A stretch of DNA of 64,000 nt from an uncultured Verrucomicrobiales bacterium (GCA_937928735.1 CALFVF010000008.1:1971-65970); one strand, 5' to 3'; counted from the first letter of the stretch, positions 28,987 through 38,979 are shown. The notes: a model not told the origin generated them from the sequence alone. Numbers and translations are program-made.

Positions 28987-29793
28987 ATGATGGAGCGTTT
29001 ACAGAGAATCTTGTTTTCCCTAGCTGTCATGACCTGGGGTGGGGCTCTCGTGTACTTGTATCAGTCAGGGCACGTTGTCTCCTATGTGAGTGAGAAGTTT
29101 CATTTAGTCTGTCTCATCGGGGGGCTCGCTATGTTAGTTCTTGGTCTCTTTAATCTACTGACTTCTGGAGTGGAGTCTTCCTGTCATCATGGGGATGAGT
29201 GCGGGCATGAGCATGATCATTCTGATATGAATCCCGTGATGTCTCTAGGGATCATGATTTTACCCATAGCACTCTCTCTGCAGTGGTCAGAGCATCGACC
29301 AAGTGAGGTGCTACTGGAGAATAAATCCACACAAGATGTGGATCCTGAGGCTCTTAGTTTTCTCAATAACTTACCACCATACACTCTGGAAACTCTTGAG
29401 GAGACGCGCAGCAAGAATGCTCAGGGTGCTTATCAAGTGAATATTTTTGAGCTCTTCTACTCTGCGGGAGATCGTGAGGTGGAGAAGATCTTTGATGGTC
29501 TGAGCTTTGAGACAGAAGGAAGAATTAGGGATGAGAAGCGGCGCAACCCTACAGGGAAGCGAATGCGCCTCTACCGCCTCCAAGGAACATGCTGCGCGGC
29601 GGATGCAATCGCGATTCCTCTGGGTCTAGAATTTGAGGGAGAACTCAGTGATATCCCGCATCACTCGTGGGTGAAGGTGTCGGGTGTGATGAGCTATGAG
29701 CAAGAAGGCAATCGTACCTATCCAGTTCTGCAAGTAACAACGATCGAAGAATCCACCGCCCCATACGGTGAGGACTTGTTTTCGACCCGCTAA
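28987..29793 (+). CDS. TIGR03943/DUF1980 (YcgQ-like) permease partner
   Basis: TM helices, CHHGDECGHEHDH, R...TCCAADA, WVKVSG; adjacent to the DUF318 gene. Confidence 0.8.
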   Translation: MMERLQRILFSLAVMTWGGALVYLYQSGHVVSYVSEKFHLVCLIGGLAMLVLGLFNLLTSGVESSCHHGDECGHEHDHSDMNPVMSLGIMILPIALSLQWSEHRPSEVLLENKSTQDVDPEALSFLNNLPPYTLETLEETRSKNAQGAYQVNIFELFYSAGDREVEKIFDGLSFETEGRIRDEKRRNPTGKRMRLYRLQGTCCAADAIAIPLGLEFEGELSDIPHHSWVKVSGVMSYEQEGNRTYPVLQVTTIEESTAPYGEDLFSTR

Positions 29794-29823
29794 TTGATTC
29801 TCTAACTTAACGATCTGCAAACA

Positions 29824-30279
29824 ATGGATGTGTATTTTCTAAGGCATGCCAAAACGGAGCCTACCGAGACAGAACCCGTTCTCTCAGAAAAAGGCAGAAG
29901 GCAGCTGGATTCGATCACGGAGCAAATGCGTCAGCGAGATATGCGACCCAGTGTGATCTTGACGAGTCCACGGCTGCGCGCGCGCCAGAGCGCAGACTAT
30001 GTGGCTGATGCCATTGGCTACGGGGAGGTGTCTGAGGAAGGCTGGATTGCAGAGAATCTCCCTGCTGAGCAGTGGCTGCGTGAGCTAGCTGTGTATCAAG
30101 AGTTCGCATCCATTATGGTCGTTGGGCATGAGCCTGATATCTCACGTGTGGCTGAGTGGCTGATGGGTGTGCAATTCGGAGCGGTGAAGATGAAGAAGGC
30201 GACTTTACTGTGGCTACAAGGAATCACTCCGCCGAGTCGCGGTGCGACACTACGGCTTCTATTACCCCCAAATTCGTAG
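29824..30279 (+). CDS. sixA: Phosphohistidine phosphatase SixA
   Basis: YFLRHA, LTSPRLRARQSA, VGHEP. Confidence 0.85.
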   Translation: MDVYFLRHAKTEPTETEPVLSEKGRRQLDSITEQMRQRDMRPSVILTSPRLRARQSADYVADAIGYGEVSEEGWIAENLPAEQWLRELAVYQEFASIMVVGHEPDISRVAEWLMGVQFGAVKMKKATLLWLQGITPPSRGATLRLLLPPNS

Positions 30280-30328
30280 CTCTTGAGTGACTATGTGGTG
30301 TTAAAGTGGAGAAATAAGAAAATCGTTG

Positions 30329-30345
30329 TTGCGAATCTATCTCAA
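30329..30345. promoter_or_regulatory. Fur/iron-box-like 7-3-7 palindrome upstream of feoA
   Basis: TTGCGAA-TCT-ATCTCAA, about 40 bp before feoA. Confidence 0.45.
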
Positions 30346-30383
30346 TTGGTTAATTTATCCATCATTCCACCGACTTTCTCTCT

Positions 30384-30632
30384 ATGGCCATCACTCCGAC
30401 GACTCTCCTTTCTGAAACCACTCACACCTTGTCGAAGGCAGAAGTGGGTATCCACTGTATGATTCAGAACGTGGACGGGAGTTCAAAGAAACAACTCCAA
30501 GACATGGGATTTATGAAAGGAGTGGAGGTGAAGAAGCTGAACTGTGGCAGAACCATTGTCTGCATGGTGAGTGGAGTGAAGCTAGCTGTGAACCGCAAGC
30601 TCGCAGATCAAGTGATCGTGCACACACACTAA
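30384..30632 (+). CDS. feoA: Ferrous iron transport protein A
   Basis: LQDMGF..G..V..L..G..I..V.G..LA SH3-like pattern; precedes feoB. Confidence 0.8.
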   Translation: MAITPTTLLSETTHTLSKAEVGIHCMIQNVDGSSKKQLQDMGFMKGVEVKKLNCGRTIVCMVSGVKLAVNRKLADQVIVHTH

Positions 30633-30695
30633 CATTTTTATCTGAATTGAGTTTCATCAAAGCTTTTATTCGTACCTTAGTACTCTAACACTAAC

Positions 30696-32624
30696 ATGCA
30701 AGATTCAGCGCAGAGTCATCGTGTCGCCCTCGTGGGGAACCCTAATGTCGGTAAAACGACTTTATTCAATGCCCTTACGGGAAGTCAGCAGAAGGTCGGG
30801 AATTTCTCTGGAGTCACTGTGACGAAGAAGTCTGGAGAATTCCGCACGCCTTATGGCGTGAAGGTGGAGCTCGTGGATCTACCGGGTTGCTACTCACTGG
30901 ATCCAGAGTCAAAGGACGAGCAAGTCACCTGTGATTTCCTCCAAGGGAAAGTCACTGGCGAAGCCCTACCGGATGCCGTGATCTGTGTGGTGGATGCCTC
31001 TGCACTTGAGCGCCACCTGCCTCTAGTTCTCCAAGTTCTTGAACTTAAGTTGCCAGTCATCATTGCTCTCAATATGGTGGATGTGGCGCAGAAAGCTGGT
31101 GTCAAGCTCGACCCCACACTACTGGCGGAGGAACTCGGAGTGGACGTGATAGCGATACAGGCGAATCAGGCCAATAGTTCAAAGGGGCTACTAGAGCTCA
31201 AACAGGCCTTACAGTTTCCATCATCCTCGGAGATCAGTCCTTCCAAGACGACTCTCCCTTGGCTTAAAGAAGATGCCGAGGAGCTACGTGTGGCGAGAGG
31301 GGAATTTGTGCAGCAGCTCTCTAAGAAGGCCGCTCGTAGGGAAGATCAGGCGACGTTGTTATTCTCCGATAAGCTCGATGGTGTCTTGCTGAATCCTCTC
31401 TTTGGCTGGCCGATTCTTGTACTAACGATGCTAGTGGTGTTTTATTCTCTCTTCACTCTTTCTGCTTATCCGATGGACTGGATCGATGGAGTCTTTGGAT
31501 CCATAGGTGAGTGGGTGGAGTCCAGTATGCCGGCGGGTGACCTGCGAGATCTACTCACAGGTGGGGTGATTGCAGGTCTAGGGGGGACGCTAGTTTTCTT
31601 ACCCCAGATTATGATTCTCTTCTTCTTCATAGGACTTATGGAGATGAGTGGCTACATGAGCCGTGCCGCCTACACGATGGATCATCTGATGGCTCGCGCG
31701 GGACTCAGTGGGAGTGCTTTCTTACCTCTTCTGAGTGCGCACGCGTGTGCGATTCCAGGTATCATGGGAGCGCGTACGATCCGTAGTCGAAGAGAGCGCT
31801 TGATTACGATTTTGATCGCACCTTGGATGAGCTGTACCGCTCGTTTACCAGTCTACACGACGATGATTGCACTCTTGCTACCAGGAGTCAGTGGTTGGGC
31901 GAAGGCCGGTATCATGGTGGGTATCTATTTGTTAGGTATATTGGGAGCTCTCATTGCTGCGAGATTACTAAAGACAAGAATTGCGGAGGATGAGAAAGAG
32001 CAGCACTTCATGCTTGAGCTGCCGCCATTTCGCTGGCCTCAGTTTGGCCTGCTGTTTCGACAAATTGCCTCGAAGTCAGTGAGTTTCCTAAAGCGCGCTG
32101 GAACTGTGATTCTTGGGATTTCGATCTTACTCTGGGCACTAGAAACGTATCCAAAGCCAAAAGAAGGTGAACCAGCAGCAGAAGATAGCTCACTGGCACT
32201 CGAGCAGTCCTACATGGGACAGCTTGGCAAAGCCATCGAGCCTGTGGTCGAGCCTCTGGGCTATGACTGGCGTACTGGTACCGCTGTAGTCGCATCTTTT
32301 GCCGCGCGTGAAGTCTTTATTTCGAATCTAGCGATTACCTTTGCTGCGGAGGCGGATGATGAAGACGAAGCACAGCAGACACTTCAGGATAAATTAGCGG
32401 CAGCGACTTGGCCAGATGGTCGTAAGCTCTACACACCGATGACTTTACTGAGCCTGCTGGTGTTCTTCATCTATGCTCTGCAGTGTTTCCCGACCTCAGT
32501 GGTAGTCGCGCGGGAGGTGGGCTCTTGGAAGCTGGCTGCTGGACAGTTCCTTGGAATGGGCGCATTTGCTTATGCTGCTGCCTTGATTGTCTACCAAACA
32601 GGACGTATGCTAGGTTATGCATGA
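30696..32624 (+). CDS. feoB: Ferrous iron transporter B
   Basis: GNPNVGKTT, GNFSGVTV, DLPG.YSL, NMVD, CAIPGIM, MSCTARLP. Confidence 0.96.
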   Translation: MQDSAQSHRVALVGNPNVGKTTLFNALTGSQQKVGNFSGVTVTKKSGEFRTPYGVKVELVDLPGCYSLDPESKDEQVTCDFLQGKVTGEALPDAVICVVDASALERHLPLVLQVLELKLPVIIALNMVDVAQKAGVKLDPTLLAEELGVDVIAIQANQANSSKGLLELKQALQFPSSSEISPSKTTLPWLKEDAEELRVARGEFVQQLSKKAARREDQATLLFSDKLDGVLLNPLFGWPILVLTMLVVFYSLFTLSAYPMDWIDGVFGSIGEWVESSMPAGDLRDLLTGGVIAGLGGTLVFLPQIMILFFFIGLMEMSGYMSRAAYTMDHLMARAGLSGSAFLPLLSAHACAIPGIMGARTIRSRRERLITILIAPWMSCTARLPVYTTMIALLLPGVSGWAKAGIMVGIYLLGILGALIAARLLKTRIAEDEKEQHFMLELPPFRWPQFGLLFRQIASKSVSFLKRAGTVILGISILLWALETYPKPKEGEPAAEDSSLALEQSYMGQLGKAIEPVVEPLGYDWRTGTAVVASFAAREVFISNLAITFAAEADDEDEAQQTLQDKLAAATWPDGRKLYTPMTLLSLLVFFIYALQCFPTSVVVAREVGSWKLAAGQFLGMGAFAYAAALIVYQTGRMLGYA

Positions 32625-32826
32625 TGCTCAGTCAGTGGCCGCCCTCGCTGTGGTCTTTCTCACTCTGTTGCTCTTTTTTCTCCAATTCTTAAAGAAGAGA
32701 AAACAGAGTCAAAGCCCAGGCTGCTCAGGAAGCTGTGATTGTGCTCTAAAGCCAAAGGCGAAGATTAGTCGCCTGAAGGCGGGTGCTAGCCGCTTAAAGG
32801 TGAATAGAGCAAAAACGCCTAAATAA
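32617..32826 (+). CDS. FeoB-associated Cys-rich small membrane protein
   Basis: One TM segment then GCSGSCDC; overlaps the feoB stop. Confidence 0.65.
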   Translation: MHDAQSVAALAVVFLTLLLFFLQFLKKRKQSQSPGCSGSCDCALKPKAKISRLKAGASRLKVNRAKTPK

Positions 32827-33108
32827 TCTAGATAGGATGATCCCAGGAAGGAGCGCCTCACTACGGAGAGAGTGATTTGATGCCTACCACAAGGATCACA
32901 ATAAGGAGGAGAGTGGCAAGTTTCTTGAACCAAGAAGACTTCCACCAGTTACAGATAAGTCATAGCATGGTGTGATCCTACACCATAGTTCGTCTGTGAC
33001 GAGTCATATAAGGTCAAAAAACGATCTTGTAGAGTTGACTGATAGAAAATTGCCTTGGATAGCTACGGTGAACTCTATTGACTATAGCGGTAATCTCATG
33101 GAGAGAGA

Positions 33109-34374
33109 ATGACGCCACTGCTGAGGAAAATTTTTGGGCTTAACTGGGTGCTCGTATTAACGATGTACGGGATGCTCGTGTTTGGTGTGTATTCTATCGA
33201 GAGTGCAGCTCGCCATCTCGAAGTGGGAGGTGAAGCGATAGCGAATCGCCAGAAGCTCTGGATTATTGTTGGTACTGTAGTTTATTTCACTACTGCCCTC
33301 ATCGACTACCGCTGGATTCGCTGGCTGTCCTTACCGATGTATCTCGTGGGAATTGGTCTGATGATTGCCGCTCTCAAGGTGGGGAATGAAGTGCACCAGC
33401 TTAGTTTTGCAGGAGTGAGCTTTCAGCCAGCGCAGTTCGCGATTGTCGCAGGCTTCATTACACTGGCGTGGTGCATTCAGGACTTGCCCAAATGGCACCC
33501 CATTCTGGGACTTCCTGCCATAAAGATGGCTGTCATTGGCGCTGTGACAGTGATTCCATTTCTCCTCGTGGCCATGATGGGGGATATGGGTTCAGCCATT
33601 GTGTGGATACCCGTAGTTGCTGTGGTCATGCTCGTTGGCGGGGTGCCGTGGCGCTACCTTCTTCTGCTGACATTTTTAGGGTTAGCAGCACTGCCTCCAC
33701 TTTACTTTATTGTGCTACCAAGTGTTTCTGATCGTGGCACCGAGCGTATTGAGCTGTATCTGGATACTCTGAATGGAAAAGAAATCGATATCAGTGGTGC
33801 GGGCTACGCGCAGCATTATGTGACGACAGAAATCGGCTCAGCAGGCTATCACGGGAAAGGCTGGATGGCCTCAAAGGAGACAGGCTCACTGCATGCTCGG
33901 CGCTACATTCCCTATAAGACCGCGCACAATGACTTTATTTTCGCCATTGTCGGGGGGGAGCAAGGATTCAAGGGGAGTTTACTTTTAATTACCTTTTTTA
34001 GTCTGCTGATGATCTTGTGTTTATTTATCGCGTTTTACAGCCGAGACATGAGTGGGCAGGTGATTGTGAGTGCTGTAGTAGCGCTGTTTTTTGCCCATAT
34101 GTTTGAGAATATAGGCATGTGTATCGGGCTCACGCCGATCACAGGGATACCACTGCCGCTGATTAGTTACTCAGGGACATTTGTCGTCATGTGTATGTTT
34201 ATGCTAGGACTCGTCCAGAGTGTCTGGGTGCATCGAAATCATGAGCTCGCTGAGCAGAAAGAAGAACCCTTTGTTCCATCCACGAGAGGGAAGCAAATCG
34301 TCACAGGTAAGCGGCGAGGAGAGGCTCGAGAGAATCCAAATTCGACAGTACAGCGAGGTGTTGTACCTCGATAA
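33109..34374 (+). CDS. rodA: SEDS-family protein RodA/FtsW
   Basis: SFQPAQF, DMGSA, AHNDFIFA..GEQGF, ITGIPLPLISYSGT. Confidence 0.88.
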   Translation: MTPLLRKIFGLNWVLVLTMYGMLVFGVYSIESAARHLEVGGEAIANRQKLWIIVGTVVYFTTALIDYRWIRWLSLPMYLVGIGLMIAALKVGNEVHQLSFAGVSFQPAQFAIVAGFITLAWCIQDLPKWHPILGLPAIKMAVIGAVTVIPFLLVAMMGDMGSAIVWIPVVAVVMLVGGVPWRYLLLLTFLGLAALPPLYFIVLPSVSDRGTERIELYLDTLNGKEIDISGAGYAQHYVTTEIGSAGYHGKGWMASKETGSLHARRYIPYKTAHNDFIFAIVGGEQGFKGSLLLITFFSLLMILCLFIAFYSRDMSGQVIVSAVVALFFAHMFENIGMCIGLTPITGIPLPLISYSGTFVVMCMFMLGLVQSVWVHRNHELAEQKEEPFVPSTRGKQIVTGKRRGEARENPNSTVQRGVVPR

Positions 34375-34461
34375 TGAGCCAATCAGAGATACCCTATAGA
34401 AGTCAGCAGGGCAAGGTGCCTAGACATTGACAGAAAAAGGTAGCTAAGGCATAGATCGTGC

Positions 34462-35211
34462 ATGAGTTTACTACTGGGAGTCAATATTGATCATATAGCC
34501 ACGCTACGCCAAGCACGCTACGCCCTACAGCCAGATTCTCCCAATGCCGAACCTAGCCCATTAGACGCCGCAGAGGATGCGAAAGCCGGGGGAGCTGACT
34601 CGATCACCATTCACGTGCGGGGAGATCGCCGCCACATGCAGGAGCAAGACGCCTATCAAATTCGCGAGCACAGCACACTACCGCTGAACCTCGAGATGGG
34701 GAATACAGAGGAAATGATGGCAATTGCCCTAAAACTGAAGCCAGAATTCGTCTGTCTAGTACCAGAAACGCGCGAGGAAGTCACCACCGAAGGGGGGCTG
34801 GATGTCGTAGAACACTATGAGGAACTCGCACCAAATGTAGAGCGCCTACAGAAGCAAGGGGCAAAGATCAGCATGTTTATTGACCCAGACCTCGAACAAA
34901 TCGAAGCTTCAGCGAGAATTGGTGCTGAAATGGTCGAGCTACACACAGGTTGTTTTGCCAATGCCTTTGGCTGTGAGAGAACCTACGAGATAGAGCGCCT
35001 CATAGCCGCAGCAGAACTAGGACATAAACGCCAGCTCCAGATCAATGCAGGGCATGGCATCAACTATAAGAATCTAGAAGACCTCTATGAGGTACCGCAC
35101 CTCACGGAGCTTAATATCGGTCACAGCATTATTGCGAGGGCCGTACGAGTTGGGCTTACCCAAGCAGTGCGTGAAATGCGTGAACTCATGGCCTCTTATC
35201 CGCAGAGCTGA
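34462..35211 (+). CDS. pdxJ: Pyridoxine 5'-phosphate synthase
   Basis: LGVNIDHIATLRQAR, DRRH, LNLEM, ELHTG, NAGHG, LNIGHSII. Confidence 0.97.
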   Translation: MSLLLGVNIDHIATLRQARYALQPDSPNAEPSPLDAAEDAKAGGADSITIHVRGDRRHMQEQDAYQIREHSTLPLNLEMGNTEEMMAIALKLKPEFVCLVPETREEVTTEGGLDVVEHYEELAPNVERLQKQGAKISMFIDPDLEQIEASARIGAEMVELHTGCFANAFGCERTYEIERLIAAAELGHKRQLQINAGHGINYKNLEDLYEVPHLTELNIGHSIIARAVRVGLTQAVREMRELMASYPQS

Positions 35212-35223
35212 CCAAACAAAACG

Positions 35224-35607
35224 ATGAATTTATACGGGATAGGGATCGATGTAGTTGAGGTAGGGCGCATAGAGGAAGCTCTCCAGGGGCAAGGAGAGCG
35301 ATTTCGCAACAAGCTCTTCACCCAGAATGAGCAAGAGTACTGCCAGCGACAGGCGAATTCCGCCCTGCACTACGCAGCACGCTTCGCCGCGAAAGAAGCT
35401 GTCGCTAAGGCACTGGGGACAGGCATTGGTAAAGAACTAGGCTGGCTAGACATGGAAATCACACGAAAGCCAAGTGGCGAGCCCTCGGTGGTACTGAGTG
35501 GAAATGGAAAAGAATTCGCTCAAGCTCAAGGAATTAGCCTGATTAAAGTCAGTCTGACTCACGCCAAGCTCTATGCCGCGGCGAATGCCGTAGCCATGAG
35601 TGCGTGA
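35224..35607 (+). CDS. acpS: Holo-ACP synthase
   Basis: GIGIDVVE, RFAAKEA..KALGTG, VSLTHA. Confidence 0.95.
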   Translation: MNLYGIGIDVVEVGRIEEALQGQGERFRNKLFTQNEQEYCQRQANSALHYAARFAAKEAVAKALGTGIGKELGWLDMEITRKPSGEPSVVLSGNGKEFAQAQGISLIKVSLTHAKLYAAANAVAMSA

Positions 35608-35720
35608 AAAAAATCGAAATTTGTAGCAGTTTTTCATTGTCAAAGTTCACGTTTCTGTGCATTTTCCCGCCGTCTCAACGGTCTACGAAAGTAAACAGAG
35701 AGACAAAAGAAAATAACTAT

Positions 35721-35795
35721 TCCGGCGTAGCTCAGCGGTAGAGCGGGTGGCTGTTAACCACTAGGTCCTTGGTTCGATCCCAAGCGCCGGAGCCA
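35721..35795 (+). tRNA. tRNA-Asn (GUU)
   Basis: TCCGGCG acceptor, GGTGG-CTGTTAA-CCACT anticodon arm, GGTTCGATCC, GCCA end. Confidence 0.96.
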
Positions 35796-35860
35796 TTTTA
35801 AAAGACCCTTTAGCCTTAATTGGTTGCAGGGTTTTTTTGTGTCTATGTCCAAAATCAGGC

Positions 35861-35880
35861 TTGAGATAGATTGAGATAGA
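35861..35880. repeat. TTGAGATAGA x2, candidate integrase arm-type sites
   Basis: Perfect 10-bp tandem repeat between tRNA-Asn and the integrase. Confidence 0.45.
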
Positions 35881-35912
35881 AAAAGGCAGATTTCCTTTGT
35901 TTCTGTCATAGT

Positions 35913-37103
35913 TTGAGCATGGCTAGCGTGTACAAACAGAAAGACAGTGAGTTTTGGTATGCCAGCATCTACATTTGGGATGAGAAAAAAAAGAAGCGAT
36001 GCAGGAAAAGGGTGTCTACCAAGACGAAGTGTGAAGACCAGGCACGAGCATTTGTGGCGCAATTAGAGCGCGTGGCGGAGACTGCCAGAGCTATCGCCAC
36101 ACAGACTGTGACAAAGGAATATGCCGAAAAGTTAGTTCTCGAGATACTCATGGCCGCCAATGTCAAAGTTACAGGAAATCTCGAAACACCATCAATAGGT
36201 GAATGCTTTGCAAGGTATCTAGACATCCACGGCAAAAAGGTGAAGGAGAGGTCCCTCTACATGTACAGGGGGTATTCTGATAGCTTTCTGGAATGGGTGC
36301 CAGATAAAGACTTGAAACTGGACTGGTTTGATAAAAGCAAAGCAGAAGACTACTATGATTTTTTACTGACTCAATACGCACCGAAAACCGCGAAAGAGAA
36401 GTTCCGATATGTGTCGCGCGTGCTTGAGACTCAGGTTGGCGAAGCAATTAGCTACAACCCTTGTCTCAAAGTTAGCCTGACTAAGCACAAAGACGAGCTA
36501 GAGAGAAAGGCAATGAGCTTGGAAGAGGTCTACAAAATCATCGAGTACTTACAAAAGCCTGATTCCCTGCTCCGAGATAGAGAGTGGTTGAAAGTCGTAT
36601 TGCTAGCGGTGTCAGCAGGGCGCAGGATAGAGGATGCAGTCACGATGAAGTCAGCCGCCATAAAAGACGGTATCCTAACATACGGGCAAATGAAGACCTC
36701 TAAGGACATCACTTGCCCTATCGTGGTGCCACTGTGGCTAGATTTACTCACTGTGGACACGGAATACATTTGTCCAGATTTGCAGAAAGAGTTTGTGGCT
36801 AACAAAACCTTCAAGCTGAGTAGCGAGTTTACACGAATCGTTTCCTCAGCAGGAGTAGAGCAGACCGTGAAAGTGTTATCGAACACTGGGAGGGGAGTGG
36901 CTCAAAAGACTTTCCATAGTCTGAGGCATACTCTGAGAACATCGATTGTTTCTTCTGGCGGGTCAGATGCTCAGGCAGACTTGATACTAGGTCACAGCGA
37001 GAGCCAGGGGAAAGCATACACGCACTCAGAGATAGACGCTATGAGAGCAATGCTCGAGCGAGTGTTCATACCCCTCGAGGAAGGCGGTCGTAGTCTGGAT
37101 TAG
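35913..37103 (+). CDS. Tyrosine recombinase/integrase
   Basis: GRRIED (R), QMKT (K), FHSLRH (HxxR), LGH, AYTH (Y); N-terminal arm-binding-like domain. Confidence 0.92.
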   Translation: MSMASVYKQKDSEFWYASIYIWDEKKKKRCRKRVSTKTKCEDQARAFVAQLERVAETARAIATQTVTKEYAEKLVLEILMAANVKVTGNLETPSIGECFARYLDIHGKKVKERSLYMYRGYSDSFLEWVPDKDLKLDWFDKSKAEDYYDFLLTQYAPKTAKEKFRYVSRVLETQVGEAISYNPCLKVSLTKHKDELERKAMSLEEVYKIIEYLQKPDSLLRDREWLKVVLLAVSAGRRIEDAVTMKSAAIKDGILTYGQMKTSKDITCPIVVPLWLDLLTVDTEYICPDLQKEFVANKTFKLSSEFTRIVSSAGVEQTVKVLSNTGRGVAQKTFHSLRHTLRTSIVSSGGSDAQADLILGHSESQGKAYTHSEIDAMRAMLERVFIPLEEGGRSLD

Positions 37104-37181
37104 CGTAAAAAGTGGTGGTCATCGACTTATCATCTTTTCAGGTGGAAAAAATTGTGATGTGTTAGCTTCACCTTATTCCTC

Positions 37182-37622
37182 ATGAAGTTACTACTCGTTA
37201 TTATTAGCCTTATTTTCCTGCTGGGGCAATCGTATGCTGACCGTCTGACCATTGTGAGCCGTTGTATCAGTCTTGCGGATGCTGATACGATCACAGTGAG
37301 AGCTGTTGATCAGAATTTCAAAATTCGTCTTGTAGGCATAGACTCTCCAGAGAACGGGCAAGAGTATGGCTCCAAAGCTCAAAGGGCAGGAAGTATTGAG
37401 CCTATGGCGCCATGGGACTTTCGTGCTATAGGTAAAAAGCTAGCAGTCATCAAAGAGCAGAGAGAGCAATATCCAGACCAAACACAGGGAAGTCTAAAGT
37501 ACTGGCTCAATACCAGTTCAAATTCTCGCAACAACGAGGGCTGCAGGCACTACAGTAATATGAAGCGGGGAAGGCCTTGCGAAGCGCATGAGGGGAAAGC
37601 AAGCGGAATTTGTGGAGGGTAA
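37182..37622 (+). pseudogene. Thermonuclease (SNase) homologue with in-frame internal deletion
   Basis: DADTI..IRLVGIDSPE.GQ.YG joined directly to P.APWDFR; the central DRYGR region is missing. Confidence 0.65.
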
Positions 37623-37648
37623 GGTAGAGAGTTTAATGAAATAGATAT

Positions 37649-38707
37649 ATGGAGAAATATAGTATAGCGAACCCAGAAGATATTACAGTGATATTGGCGA
37701 AATTTATTGACCCGAAATTTGAAATATCAGACATAGTTAATCTTGACGAAATTTCCAATTTAGCGCTCCGAATAAAATTGGATGGAACACCTTGGAAAGG
37801 TTATGTGAATCAAAAAATAGCAAAATTCATTTGTGATGCTGAGTTGCAAATACGTGAGACTTTAGTATCTTTGGGACTCGAAGAATACGAACTACCAGAG
37901 CAAATAATTCACTTAAAGATCGAAGAGGGATCTTCCGAATTAATACAGGCATTAACAAAGTTTTTTGAAGTTTTAAAGGGGATGAACACTAAACACTGCA
38001 TATTCGGATTAATCGCCATTTCAATGGTTTTAGGTATTCCAAATATTGATAATATCATCAAAGAATGGACATCAACAGAGAAAGCTAGGATTCAAGCTGA
38101 GTTAGACAAAGAGAAAGCTAGGATTCAAGCTGAGGTAGACATAGAGAAATCTAAAGCTGAGCTTGAAAAACGTAAAGCTGAACTTGGAATGATGGATACT
38201 GTAATAGAGCAGAACGCTAAGATTTCAACTCATGCTTTTCAGTTGCAAACCCCTCAAAAACGACTTGTTAAATCCATGGGGGAAAAGGATAAAATTCAGT
38301 TTTCTAACGGTGAATATTTGAGCAAAGAAAGAGCTAAAAAACTGTTTATTAAAGGCGATCGATCCAAAGCTGATAATTATTTTCTAGATGCTCCGTATAA
38401 AATTGAAAACTTGAATACTCCTATAGATGGCGATTGGAAGGTTAAATTGTTATGGGGAGATCACGGATTTACGGCTACTCTTAAGCTTGACACGGAACAA
38501 TATAAAAAATTTACAGAGGCTTATAACACTGCTCAGAAGGAGGGCAAACCTGTAACACTAGACCTTCAAGTTACAGCATCTGTTAATAAAAACGGAGTTA
38601 CTAAAGCTGAGGTTGTTCATGTAGGAAGCCCTCGAGAAAATGCGATCACATTAGGTGTAGCAATCGATATATCTAATGGTAAATCTTTGAATGTAGTTGA
38701 TGAGTAA
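37649..38707 (+). CDS. Hypothetical AT-rich island protein with one TM and coiled coil
   Basis: 352 aa, IEEGSS motif, 33-bp tandem duplication at 38078-38143. Confidence 0.75.
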   Translation: MEKYSIANPEDITVILAKFIDPKFEISDIVNLDEISNLALRIKLDGTPWKGYVNQKIAKFICDAELQIRETLVSLGLEEYELPEQIIHLKIEEGSSELIQALTKFFEVLKGMNTKHCIFGLIAISMVLGIPNIDNIIKEWTSTEKARIQAELDKEKARIQAEVDIEKSKAELEKRKAELGMMDTVIEQNAKISTHAFQLQTPQKRLVKSMGEKDKIQFSNGEYLSKERAKKLFIKGDRSKADNYFLDAPYKIENLNTPIDGDWKVKLLWGDHGFTATLKLDTEQYKKFTEAYNTAQKEGKPVTLDLQVTASVNKNGVTKAEVVHVGSPRENAITLGVAIDISNGKSLNVVDE

Positions 38708-38917
38708 GTGAGTAGCCACAAAGTAAAACAGAACCTTGCCAGAAAGGGTTGGCCTAGAGTAAGAGTTTGGAACGGGGGATCTTGCGATCGCATATACGTG
38801 AGTAGTGATAATGGCGAGGAATGTGGCTACATACAGTTCCCTAAATATGGGGGGATTGATTACGAGCCTCTAAGGAAACATAAGAATGAAATTCGTCGGG
38901 CTGTCGAGGGCAGATGA
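38708..38917 (+). CDS. Small hypothetical protein
   Basis: GTG start abutting the upstream stop; 69 aa. Confidence 0.45.
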   Translation: MSSHKVKQNLARKGWPRVRVWNGGSCDRIYVSSDNGEECGYIQFPKYGGIDYEPLRKHKNEIRRAVEGR

Positions 38918-38979
38918 AATTTATATAAATATAGAATTCAGCTCTTTAAGAAATAAGGTTCTCAACTTAACTATCACAC

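Noticed and set aside
30336-30345. TCTATCTCAA is the reverse complement of the TTGAGATAGA repeat beside the integrase
   Set aside because: A single 10-mer match in 64 kb is not unlikely, and it is better explained as part of the feoA palindrome.
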